Below are positions 28,579 to 37,433 of a stretch of DNA of 64,000 bases, in pieces. Under the pieces are notes generated by a model. That model was not told the DNA's origin. It saw nothing but the letters and a program-made list of their open reading frames with translations, and searched no databases. Both the position numbers and the translations under genes were made by a program. Position 1 is the first letter of the stretch. Each line of letters starts with the position of its first letter. The stretch covers positions 199,525-263,524 of the forward strand of contig CAVQFA010000005.1 of NCBI GenBank assembly GCA_963711735.1, in the 5' to 3' direction. This stretch comes from Candidatus Gottesmanbacteria bacterium. GTDB lineage: Bacteria; Patescibacteriota; Microgenomatia; UBA10105; UBA927.

Positions 28579-29505
28579 CTATTCCAGAAGAGCGTTGCGA
28601 ACTATTGTTTCGGAAGTAATCCGTCCGAACAGTTCGCGGCCGGCATCAGAGTAGTGTATATGGTCTCCGGCATTTATATACTCAAGTTTTCCGTCACCGT
28701 TTCCGCTTACACTTGCATGATACACGTCAGCGTACGGTATTTTCTGACTTTGGGCAAATTTTATCGTGCTGTCGAGATAAGAACGGATTACTGATGTTCT
28801 TTCTTTCTTATCTTCGGAACTGAATGATAATCCCGCTGCGTCGTCTCCGAAGACAGAACTATTCGGCGCTATGGTTACGGCTATCATAATACGGCTTTCG
28901 GGAAGTGATGCTTTGATTGTATCAACAGCTTTGGCAAGCGCGAGCCAATGCCGGTTGATGCCGTTGTCACCGCCGTCAGGAAAAGGGTTATATGCAAAGG
29001 ATTCTATAATAACGAGATCTGGTTTTTGGGAGACGAGTGACGGGATTTGTTTGTCCAGATAAGCGTAAGAATTCATAATCCTTTCAATGCCATAATCTAT
29101 ATTCGTCGCGCCTACGCCGTAATTGAGTATGCGGACACGGGTTTGGGGATATGTATTTTTTATATTGTTTGCCAGATTTGGTACATCCGGTCCGAGTGTG
29201 TCAACCATAGAATCACCGAGTATTGCAATTACCGGTGACACTTTCTTCGTCCTTCGCATTTCTGCTGTCGGTGTGGGCGTTGGATTATCTGCCATAACAT
29301 CCGTAGCACCGTCCGGTGCAATCATTGTTGAATCTCCGAGAACGTTCTGATTGTCCGGAGGTGTTGCTTGTGCAACCGATATATCCGCAAACGTCTTTTC
29401 CGGGTAGCTGACACTGTTTCGTATGGGTTCAATCGTATCGGACAACGGTGAAATAATTATTTCTGCGGCAAATACTGATAGAGAGAATAAAGATAGTATA
29501 TTCAC
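28579..29505 (-). CDS. Secreted SGNH/GDSL-family hydrolase.
   Basis: Signal peptide; VIAILGDSMVD (GDS block) and C-terminal DHIHYS (DxxH block). Confidence 0.65.
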   Translation of the reverse strand: MNILSLFSLSVFAAEIIISPLSDTIEPIRNSVSYPEKTFADISVAQATPPDNQNVLGDSTMIAPDGATDVMADNPTPTPTAEMRRTKKVSPVIAILGDSMVDTLGPDVPNLANNIKNTYPQTRVRILNYGVGATNIDYGIERIMNSYAYLDKQIPSLVSQKPDLVIIESFAYNPFPDGGDNGINRHWLALAKAVDTIKASLPESRIMIAVTIAPNSSVFGDDAAGLSFSSEDKKERTSVIRSYLDSTIKFAQSQKIPYADVYHASVSGNGDGKLEYINAGDHIHYSDAGRELFGRITSETIVRNALLE

Positions 29506-29655
29506 AATATATAACTATCATAACCTTGTTTATATATATGGAAAAGGAGTAAAAACGGTTAGTCTGAATAAAATTAATTCTTGGAAGAATTTACTTCCAA
29601 AAGTCTAAGTGTAGCCTTTCGCTCGAAGGAGCTTGCCATGAGCGAAACTGAAGGG

Positions 29656-29727
29656 AGCCCGGGGCGAGAATCGGACTCGCGACCTACTTCTTACCAAGAA
29701 GTCGCTCTACCACTGAGCCACCCGGGC
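29656..29727 (-). tRNA. trnT: tRNA-Thr (anticodon GGT).
   Basis: GCCCGGG TG GCTC AGTGGTA GAGC G ACTTC TTGGTAA GAAGT AGGTC GCGAG TCCGATT CTCGC CCCGGGC T. Confidence 0.85.
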
Positions 29728-29774
29728 ATACAGATCGGTTTCTATCATAAAGAATCCCGTGGTACACTGCAAGT

Positions 29775-30758
29775 ATGAAGCGTGTCCTCGTACCTCTTAT
29801 AACATGCTTAATCGGTATTGTCATAGGGTTTGGAATTTCACGTCTGCTTCTTTTAAATACGGAATATATCTCACCTGTAACAGGTGATTGGAAAAAAAGA
29901 CCCCTGGACGCATATACCATTGACCACCTTTCCTTACGGACTCCGAAAGGCTCACCGATTCTCATCGGTGAGCCGATTGCAACTGAGTCTGCTTATACGG
30001 TACAACGATTTACCTTTTCTACTGATGGGAAAAAAGTATCCGGGCTTGCTCATATTCCGCGGGATGTTTCAGGGAAAATTCCGGTTATCGTCCAGTGCAG
30101 AGGATACGTTGACAGTACAATATTTGAATCGGGGATTGGTACCCAGAGGAGTGCGGAAGTTTTTGCCGCAAACGGATTTCTCTCTCTTGCCCTGGATTAT
30201 CTTGGATATGGCAGTTCGGATAATCCGTCGGCAAATGTTTTTGAAGAGCGGTTCCAGACGTACACAACAACTGTTGACCTGTTGGCATCTCTTGCGTCTA
30301 TATCATTTGCGGATACCGATCATGTATTTCTTTGGGGACACTCTAACGGCGGACAGATAGCACTCACGACACTTATCATAAGCGGTAAAGATATACCCAC
30401 TGCGCTGTGGGCGCCGGTTACGAAACCATTCCCGTATTCCATACTCTATTACACGGATGAATATGATGATGGGGGAAATGCGCTGCGGAAATCATTAGCG
30501 GCGTTTGAATCCCAATACGACGTGTCGCTTTATACTATGACTAACTATCTGGACCGCATACGCGCCCCTTTGCAAATACATCAGGGAACAGGTGATGACG
30601 CAGTACCATACCTGTGGAATGACCGGTTTGTCAGAATTCTGGAGGATAAATCTATAGATGTCCGGTATTTCCGGTATCCTGGTGCCGATCACAACATGCT
30701 TGGTGCATGGAATACCGTAATAGAAAGGGATATAGAGTTCTTCAGGTCTTTTCTCTAA
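29775..30758 (+). CDS. Alpha/beta-hydrolase (S9/dienelactone-hydrolase-like) with N-terminal membrane anchor.
   Basis: GHSNGG nucleophile elbow (GxSxG); downstream Asp/His candidates; N-terminal TM. Confidence 0.6.
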   Translation: MKRVLVPLITCLIGIVIGFGISRLLLLNTEYISPVTGDWKKRPLDAYTIDHLSLRTPKGSPILIGEPIATESAYTVQRFTFSTDGKKVSGLAHIPRDVSGKIPVIVQCRGYVDSTIFESGIGTQRSAEVFAANGFLSLALDYLGYGSSDNPSANVFEERFQTYTTTVDLLASLASISFADTDHVFLWGHSNGGQIALTTLIISGKDIPTALWAPVTKPFPYSILYYTDEYDDGGNALRKSLAAFESQYDVSLYTMTNYLDRIRAPLQIHQGTGDDAVPYLWNDRFVRILEDKSIDVRYFRYPGADHNMLGAWNTVIERDIEFFRSFL

Positions 30759-30818
30759 GGAGAATAAAACGAAAAAACCCCGCCAAGTATGCGGGGCTTT
30801 TTCGTTCAAATTCTGATG

Positions 30819-31331
30819 TTAGGGGAATATAAATTGCTGTGTGCAATCTACTTTTTCACTGTTCGGATTGGTCACTGTTACAACAACGGATGTTGCAACT
30901 CCCCGTGCAAGTTCAACTGAGTTTGTCTGACAGCGGAATGTTGAACCTCCCCGTTCCGGAACCTGTACAAGTTCCGCAGTTGTTTCTGTCGTCGCAACTG
31001 TTTTATCTTTTACTTTAAATGCATAGTCGCATTTCACCGTCCCGGTTGTAACTTTGTCTACACCCTCGAGAGATAAATAGTATTTAGGAAATCCGATAAC
31101 CGGATTGTAATACTGTTTCTCACACGCGAGCTTCGTTATGGGAGCAGGTGTGGGATTTGATACAGGAGTTTGCACTACGGGTGTTCCCGTTGTTGCAGGA
31201 GCCTGTGTTTTTGGCTTCAGCAGAAAAAATCCCGCAATTGCTGCTACAAGTACGACACCACCTAATACATAATAGATGGATGCATCATTTGTCTCTTCAT
31301 GTTCTTTTTTTGTTTCATCGCTCATAAACAA
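30819..31331 (-). CDS. Membrane-anchored hypothetical protein (4 Cys).
   Basis: TM VLGGVVLVAAIAGFFLL followed by a Pro/Thr linker and a Cys-containing domain. Confidence 0.4.
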   Translation of the reverse strand: MFMSDETKKEHEETNDASIYYVLGGVVLVAAIAGFFLLKPKTQAPATTGTPVVQTPVSNPTPAPITKLACEKQYYNPVIGFPKYYLSLEGVDKVTTGTVKCDYAFKVKDKTVATTETTAELVQVPERGGSTFRCQTNSVELARGVATSVVVTVTNPNSEKVDCTQQFIFP

Positions 31332-31443
31332 TTCTCCTTTATTTATCTGTTATATAGGAAAACAAATGATGTACGCAAGAGGTCAATTTTTTATAGGATT
31401 TTTAATATTGCAGTTTGGATTGTCAGAATAAAATTTATGGAAT

Positions 31444-31812
31444 TTATGACGATTTTTCCGGAGTGTCAATAATTGCAAATTCCGTTAATATCGGGGTATG
31501 GATGAGAAACCGTTTGAGTTTTTTTGCAGCGCTTATATTTATTTGGTAATACGGGCGGGTGCCTATCTGGGTTCGTTTGATCCATCCTTCTTTTTCTAGA
31601 AGTTTGAGGTGGTGTATGAGTTTATTTTCCTTTATATTCAAAATCGCAGCAAGCGTGTTTGTCCGTTCCATACTGTGGGATAGCGCAAATAGTATTGCCA
31701 GTCTGCTCGCGTGTCCGAGAGGAAAAAGAAGCTTCGCATACGGATCCATTGTTTTAGTGAGCCGGAGTCCTGAGATCATTCCTTTTATTATATAACACAG
31801 AATGCGGTTCAT
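31444..31812 (-). CDS. ArsR-like winged-helix transcriptional regulator.
   Basis: ...SRLAILFALSHSMERTNTLAAILNIKENKLIHHLKLLEKEGWIKR is a wHTH pattern. Confidence 0.5.
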   Translation of the reverse strand: MNRILCYIIKGMISGLRLTKTMDPYAKLLFPLGHASRLAILFALSHSMERTNTLAAILNIKENKLIHHLKLLEKEGWIKRTQIGTRPYYQINISAAKKLKRFLIHTPILTEFAIIDTPEKSS

Positions 31813-31878
31813 TGCTTACAATAATAGCGAAGAGTGCTGAAGGAAGGATTTCCTGCCTCATTGGATATCTTATTACCG

Positions 31879-31990
31879 CAGGACTCCGATGTATGCTTTT
31901 GCATACGTCGGAGCTGAACCTTCGGAACCTCCTGTTTTAACAGGACTCCGCATCGCATTCGATGCGAATGCGGAGCTCACCTTCGAAATC
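31879..31990. repeat. Two tandem ~50-nt units with conserved flanks (CAGGACTCCG ... CGGAGCTsA.CCTTCGrAA) around different but perfectly self-complementary 13-bp hairpins.
   Basis: Unit 1 31879-31932: CTCCGATGTATGC-TTTT-GCATACGTCGGAG. Unit 2 31941-31990: CTCCGCATCGCAT-TCG-ATGCGAATGCGGAG. Immediately 3' of tRNA-Tyr on the minus strand. Confidence 0.5.
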
Positions 31991-31996
31991 ACAGAG

Positions 31997-32081
31997 TGCT
32001 GAGGGAAGGATTCGAACCTTCGGAGCCCTTACGAGCGACAGTTTTACAGACTGTTGCGATTGACCACTCCGCCACCTCAGC
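31997..32081 (-). tRNA. trnY: tRNA-Tyr (anticodon GTA), class II with long variable arm.
   Basis: GCTGAGG TG GCGG AGTGGTCAA TCGC A ACAGT CTGTAAA ACTGT CGCTCGTAAGGGCTCC GAAGG TTCGAAT CCTTC CCTCAGC A. Confidence 0.9.
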
Positions 32082-32120
32082 AAAATCTAATTCCTATATT
32101 CGTATAATTATAAATTTTTG

Positions 32121-32192
32121 AGCCGAGACGGGGATTCGGACCCCGGACACCTTGTTTACAAAACAAGTGCTCTACCACTGAGCTATCTCGGC
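32121..32192 (-). tRNA. trnT: tRNA-Thr (anticodon TGT).
   Basis: GCCGAGA TA GCTC AGTGGTA GAGC A CTTGT TTTGTAA ACAAG GTGTC CGGGG TCCGAAT CCCCG TCTCGGC T. Confidence 0.85.
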
Positions 32193-32596
32193 AATACAGT
32201 TCTTTATCAATGTATCCCGACATTCGTCGGGACTAACTGGCAGTAATACTCACTCACGTTCGTAAACTGCCGGTTGAGCAAATGAAGATCATTCACTTAA
32301 GCGACTTAAGTGACGTAAGTAACGTACTAATCAATAGTATTTTACCGTATTAATTGGAACAACAACAAGGGGACAACGGTCAGAAGAGCTCAAAATAAGT
32401 TCGCCCGTGTGTAATTGAAGCATTTTCCCCGATCTGATTAATCGGATGGACTGACCTGTCGCCCAAGGGCGAAAGATACGTGGTCCTGTCGTCTCTGATA
32501 TATTTATCAGAGGCTACCTCAATGTTAATGAGTTTGTGGAGGAAAATAGTCTTCAATACTCCACAACGGGCATAGATATAGTAAGACAAAAAAGTA

Positions 32597-34132
32597 TTAG
32601 TTGTCAAGTGCAAAACTATGCCTGAAAACATCGATAATACGCGATATTGTATATGCATTTTCCGTACCGGGTGCTATGCGTATAAACGGTTCCTCAGTAC
32701 CTTTTACCCGTAGAGCGGTGAGATAGACGCGCGTGACAGGAAAACCAAAACTTGTTCCTCCGAAAAGCGGTACTTTCATACGTCGGGCATCGGTAAGAAT
32801 TTTAGAAACAACACGTTTATAGTATGTAACACTTCTATATTGTTTTTTAAAAGTCAGCATAAAGTACGCTCCGGAAAATGACGTTTTTTGTATCCATGTA
32901 TACGAGGGATGATTGGGAAGACCCGGATATACTATATGATCAAGCGGACTTTTCGGATTATTCTTTATGGCGTTTTGAAGCGCTTCGGAAATAATCCGAG
33001 TGTTTTTTTCGATTTTCATCATCCGGGATGTCAGAACGCGCCGGTTTGGTGTCGGAAGAGAAACGACTGACGCATCACTTATGTTTGTTCCGAGATGTAC
33101 GCGGTAATCAAACAATTTATCCGTATATTTACCCCGCGTGTAGATGATACCCCCGAGCACCTTATCCATTCCGAACTGATGAAATTTATTGAGGCTCTCA
33201 TAACCGATAACGGTCAGTTTCGATAAAGGACGGCGTATATATGATAATGGTTGGCAAAATACGGATGCGCCGGTATTATCTATGACTATTGTCGAGGGAT
33301 GTGTGAGTGTTTTGTCTGCGTACGCGAGTATTTTTCGGACATCCACAGCGTGCATCTCCGGTGAGTTTCCGATGGTATCAAAGAAAAGTATCTCCGGTTG
33401 ACTTTTTTTGATGGCAAGAAGAATTTCCTCAGTTTTCCTGTCGGATATTTCAATCAGATGGCCGCGGAATGCTTTTTGAAGAAGATCTTTCGATTCAAAG
33501 TATGTGGAAGAACCCATTATAACCGGTCCGTTTCGGTACGTTTCTAGGAGGAGAAAATTGAGGATAGTGGTAAACGCAGCCATTCCCGAGTGGCAGGCAT
33601 AAACATGAACTGAAAATTTATTAAAAGCATCTATGTATTCTTTCAGGAAACGCTGTTCATACAGATACGCGTCCATATGCTGGTCACGCTTGTAGTCATT
33701 GAGTGTTGCGTGGATTTTTCCCGTAAGGCGTCCTGCCATGCTGAAACGGCCTGTATGTTCGTAGGAGGGGGATTGCCAGTCTGTTGCAGTGATAACGGAT
33801 CCTGCTATTCCGTATAGTTCGCGGAGTGTAGAGAAGATGTGGAATAAGTCCCGTGAAATTGAGTCGGTAGTTTCCATTGCATGATGATTAGGTAAAAGTT
33901 TTTGTTTAAGATTTTGTATCGATGTCTGAATTGCATATACCTTTTCAATCAGATTATTGCAGAGCGTCAGAGGAATATTTTCCGGAACAGTAGGATTTGT
34001 TTTTTGCGACTTTTGAAGATCATTCACTGCACGTTGAAGTTTTTCTTTCAAATCAGTCGCGAGATAGGATAGCCACTCAATCTCTTGTTTAACATCCTGT
34101 TTGGACCAAGTACGCGCTTTTAGATCGTTCAT
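32597..34132 (-). CDS. PLP-dependent Cys/Met-metabolism enzyme (cystathionine gamma-synthase / beta-lyase / Met gamma-lyase family) with an N-terminal extension.
   Basis: YESLNKFHQFGMDKVLGG matches the S-x-T/N-K-x(4)-G-H-x-D PLP-lysine block of this family; FDTIGNSPEMHAVDV region. Confidence 0.6.
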   Translation of the reverse strand: MNDLKARTWSKQDVKQEIEWLSYLATDLKEKLQRAVNDLQKSQKTNPTVPENIPLTLCNNLIEKVYAIQTSIQNLKQKLLPNHHAMETTDSISRDLFHIFSTLRELYGIAGSVITATDWQSPSYEHTGRFSMAGRLTGKIHATLNDYKRDQHMDAYLYEQRFLKEYIDAFNKFSVHVYACHSGMAAFTTILNFLLLETYRNGPVIMGSSTYFESKDLLQKAFRGHLIEISDRKTEEILLAIKKSQPEILFFDTIGNSPEMHAVDVRKILAYADKTLTHPSTIVIDNTGASVFCQPLSYIRRPLSKLTVIGYESLNKFHQFGMDKVLGGIIYTRGKYTDKLFDYRVHLGTNISDASVVSLPTPNRRVLTSRMMKIEKNTRIISEALQNAIKNNPKSPLDHIVYPGLPNHPSYTWIQKTSFSGAYFMLTFKKQYRSVTYYKRVVSKILTDARRMKVPLFGGTSFGFPVTRVYLTALRVKGTEEPFIRIAPGTENAYTISRIIDVFRHSFALDN

Positions 34133-34183
34133 ACGATGGATTGTACACCCGACTACTATTCTGAAAAAGTTTTCAAAGGGTAA

Positions 34184-34888
34184 TTATTCAATAATGAGGA
34201 GATGTGCGTCAGGCGCAAGTGCATCTTTCACTTTACGGAATACTTTTTCTGTGTGAATTACGATATTCCTTGTATTAATCTGATAGGTCAGAAATGTTCT
34301 GTTCCACCTTTGAGCATACAGTTCTGCGGCCCAAACGTCGCAACCCAGAATTCCGATATGTTCGGCAGCGAGTGCACGGTCTGAATCAATCGAAAATCCG
34401 TGTTTTCGGACGATGACACCGACATTGATTATATGCGGTCCGTGTACATCATATAGTTGAGCCTTTTCGTATTTTGCTGCGAGGTGATATCGGTGTGAAG
34501 CAGAAACAGACTCAGGGGCCAATACTGATGACGGGTTAGTTTCTACAAGCAGATTGTACCCGCATCCTTTTGGACTTATTTTTTCCTCTGAGCTATGGAC
34601 GTGGTGTGAATGATCAGGTCCCTGATGTGCACCAATTGGGATTCCGGCAGACCTTGCCATATCCCATGCCTGTTCTTCGGAAATATCTTTATATTGATTT
34701 TTTATATAGTCAATAAAAACACCTGTAGAGCCGGGAAGTTCAACTGCATTTTTCAGATCAAATGTCTGTCCGTCACCCTGACGTTCATCGACGCAGTGTA
34801 TCAGATCGGGATCAGCTTTAAAGAGAAAACGTTCAGCAAGTTTTTTGAGTTTTTCAACAGACGTGGTTTCTTCTTTCATATTCTGCAT
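34184..34888 (-). CDS. Hypothetical protein with metal-binding-like motifs (HCVDERQ, HQGPDHSHHVH, GCGYN).
   Basis: No confident family. A beta-carbonic-anhydrase-like Cys-x-Asp-x-Arg motif was noticed, but the second H-x-x-C block is not canonical. Confidence 0.4.
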   Translation of the reverse strand: MQNMKEETTSVEKLKKLAERFLFKADPDLIHCVDERQGDGQTFDLKNAVELPGSTGVFIDYIKNQYKDISEEQAWDMARSAGIPIGAHQGPDHSHHVHSSEEKISPKGCGYNLLVETNPSSVLAPESVSASHRYHLAAKYEKAQLYDVHGPHIINVGVIVRKHGFSIDSDRALAAEHIGILGCDVWAAELYAQRWNRTFLTYQINTRNIVIHTEKVFRKVKDALAPDAHLLIIE

Positions 34889-34939
34889 TGTATTAAAATA
34901 TTTTATGCTGTCAATGATGGATATTGATTTAATTACAAT

Positions 34940-35602
34940 TTATATAATTGCTGTTCCGGGGATGAGAAATGATAGGATAAAATGTGAGACAGCGGATACT
35001 ACGTTGAGAATCGGAGATGCCGTACCAAAAAGCGGAAAAACGAGAAATAAAAGAAAGATGATGCCGTAGCGCTCCAGTTCTTTCCATTGCAAGGCATACT
35101 TTTCAGATAGAAGTCCGTGTACAACGGCAAATCCGTCCAGAGGATGGATGGGAATCAGATTAAATAGTGCAAGGTTTACGTTATAGATGATGATAAGTTT
35201 GATAAACGTTGTGATAAGAGCGAATATAAGTGACGTTGATAAAAGTCCAATGGTAAAAGCGCTCATAATCTGTAAAAAAATTGAAAAAACAACGGCGGTT
35301 ATGATATTTGCAGCAGGTCCGGCAAGGGAAATAAGGGCTTCATCACGGCGGGGATTACGGAGATTAAAAGGATCAACCTGTACGGGTTTTGCCCATCCGA
35401 ACGGTGCAAACAGGATCATAAGAGTTCCGAGGAGATCGAGGTGTGCAAAGGGGTTGAGTGTCAGTCTGCCCATGAGCTTGGCAGTCGGATCACCAAGCCT
35501 GTCGGATGTCCAGGCATGCGCGCATTCATGTACCGTTATAGCAACGAGAAATGCAGCGAATATACCTAAAAATTCAAAGGGGTTGTTGAATAGACGGAAC
35601 AT
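34940..35602 (-). CDS. Site-2-protease-family zinc metalloprotease (peptidase M50).
   Basis: HECAH (HExxH) in a TM helix and the downstream NLIPIHPLDG (LDG motif); polytopic. Confidence 0.8.
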   Translation of the reverse strand: MFRLFNNPFEFLGIFAAFLVAITVHECAHAWTSDRLGDPTAKLMGRLTLNPFAHLDLLGTLMILFAPFGWAKPVQVDPFNLRNPRRDEALISLAGPAANIITAVVFSIFLQIMSAFTIGLLSTSLIFALITTFIKLIIIYNVNLALFNLIPIHPLDGFAVVHGLLSEKYALQWKELERYGIIFLLFLVFPLFGTASPILNVVSAVSHFILSFLIPGTAII

Positions 35603-36026
35603 GATATGGTATAGTATACACTATCCTTTTCGATTTCTGAATTATAATTCGTATATCGTAAATCGTATCTCTTAAATCGATAAAACAAATATGTATTCAT
35701 GTGATCTTTGTTGTAAAAAAACGTCATCCGGAAGCCAGCATACACACCATACGGGTGTTGCGGGTGGGCAATGGAAAAAGCGGGCCCAGGCAACTCCGAG
35801 GTCATTCAGACCCAATCTTCACTGGGTAACGCTGTCCATACATGGTGTTACGACACGGGTACGTGCGTGCGCCAAATGCATAAAGAGAGTGAAATTTGAT
35901 AACGTAATAGCTTCAAAAGAGGCAAAAACTCCCGTATCTCCGGCGACTGCTTAATATTCCACGCAAAAATTTATTCTTAAGAAACGCCACGGTGTTGTTA
36001 TCCGAGGTTAAATATTCGCGTGTGAG

Positions 36027-36329
36027 TTAATTGCAGGTCCAGCCGCTTGGAACACAGCGGAAATTTGTAGAACATCCGGATGTGTTGAAACTGTCAGCGG
36101 TTTCGATAATTGTTCCTTTTTGGCATATAGCTGACTTAGATACGCAGCTGCTCGGAATTTTGCATGTACTTATCGTGCTTCCTGCCCTTGCGGTAATGTC
36201 CGTATTTCCCTTTGTTATAGCTCCGACAACAGCAACAAGGAGCATAAACGCAAGAGTAAGAAAAATGACAAAATTCCATGAATTGAGATCTGTATGTGAG
36301 CGGGTATGAGATGTACGTGTTTTTGCCAT
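36027..36329 (-). CDS. Small membrane-anchored cysteine-rich peptide, paralog of 17627..17902 (ends ...FRCVPSGWTCN).
   Basis: TM FVIFLTLAFMLLVAVVGAI then ARAGSTISTCKIPSSCVSKSAICQKG...GCSTNFRCVP; shares the TM-(A/R)AGS-Cys-rich-...RCVP layout with the other peptide. Confidence 0.45.
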   Translation of the reverse strand: MAKTRTSHTRSHTDLNSWNFVIFLTLAFMLLVAVVGAITKGNTDITARAGSTISTCKIPSSCVSKSAICQKGTIIETADSFNTSGCSTNFRCVPSGWTCN

Positions 36330-36404
36330 AGAATACTCCTTTACGTATCAGCGTACGGAATATTGGTGGGGAAGTCAAGTATAATTGCGAAATAAAAAAT
36401 CGTT

Positions 36405-37433
36405 TTAAAGATACGCATCAGCAAACTGTGGGAATTGTACAGGCTTTTTCCCCTCCACCTGTACACGATCGATTACAAGGGATTCCTTCATGATATGTGC
36501 CTGAAGAATTTTCACCCTTTTCGGACCGGTTTTCACTTCTTCCCTTATCTGTACATTTTGATTCCTGAATTCTGACAGGAGAGACCAGGTTCCAGGCCAC
36601 GGAGTAAGTGCGCGTATAAGCCTGTCTATAATAATCGCTAAACTTTCGGATGGGGAAATATTGACGGAGAATTTATTAAGAGTCTGCACAACCGGCAGGT
36701 CCGGCAAGGATTTGCATTCACGCGACTGTAGTCCCTTCATTGCCTTATCGATTATTTCCCAGGGGACGTACCCATCCTGCCTGGATAAGCGCCGCGCATA
36801 GGTATACATGTGATTCTCCTGTTTTATTCCGTTTACCTTACCGGAAAAATAATCAGGAAGTATATGTGTCAAAAGGTTTGAACCTATGGTAAACAATTCA
36901 CTCCGCACCGAATCAGGAAGTGCAGTCGGGGGAAGGGGCAAAACTTCCTGTGCAATTATCCGTCCGTCATCAAAATCCCCGCCTAGTATTACGACACTTA
37001 CCCCGATCTGGGAATCTCCGGCGAGTATTGCCCAGGGGACTGGATCGGCACCGCGCCAGCGGGGAAGCATGGACGGGTGGATGTTGAGCCCTCCGTATTT
37101 TGCGGCAGTGATGACTTTTTGCGGGATTTTTTGCCCGAAAGATGCAGAAATGACGATGTCAGGATGTAAAGCAACAAGTGTCTCCGTTACCGGTTTTTCG
37201 TTTTGGTAGAGCCACGGTTTCCCTGCGTCTGCCGGAAACGACAGAACCGGAATAGTATGTTCTTTGCCGTACGTTTCCACAGGAGTCGGAAGTATTTCCT
37301 GTTTTCTCCCGACCGGTTTAGGAGGTTGTGTGATAATAGCCGTAAGTGTGTGACCATTCTTTTGAAGAAAGGCATGGAGGGTAGTAAGGACGATCCGGGA
37401 ATCCTGGGTTGAACCGAAAAAAATACAGTTCAT
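36405..37433 (-). CDS. fmt: Methionyl-tRNA formyltransferase.
   Basis: Formyltransferase core ...GLNIHPSMLPRWRGADPVPWAILAGDSQIGVSVV...; 4-nt ATGA overlap with upstream def. Confidence 0.85.
   Translation of the reverse strand: MNCIFFGSTQDSRIVLTTLHAFLQKNGHTLTAIITQPPKPVGRKQEILPTPVETYGKEHTIPVLSFPADAGKPWLYQNEKPVTETLVALHPDIVISASFGQKIPQKVITAAKYGGLNIHPSMLPRWRGADPVPWAILAGDSQIGVSVVILGGDFDDGRIIAQEVLPLPPTALPDSVRSELFTIGSNLLTHILPDYFSGKVNGIKQENHMYTYARRLSRQDGYVPWEIIDKAMKGLQSRECKSLPDLPVVQTLNKFSVNISPSESLAIIIDRLIRALTPWPGTWSLLSEFRNQNVQIREEVKTGPKRVKILQAHIMKESLVIDRVQVEGKKPVQFPQFADAYL

Noticed and set aside
32200-32600. ~400-bp gap after the tRNA cluster was checked for tmRNA, SRP RNA and RNase P RNA; ORF 32380..32658 (-) was also considered.
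   Set aside because: None of the universal motifs was found on either strand: GGAAAGTCCGGGC / ACAGAACCCGGC for RNase P, the GGAAGCAGCC domain-IV core of SRP, or a tRNA-like ...TCCACCA end for tmRNA. The ORF has no support and overlaps the end of the PLP enzyme gene.
35566-35954. ORFs 35566..35805 (-) and 35691..35954 (+) in the gap upstream of the M50 protease.
   Set aside because: Overlapping, motif-free, and coincident with a GC-rich non-coding-looking segment. Kept only as a possible ncRNA location.
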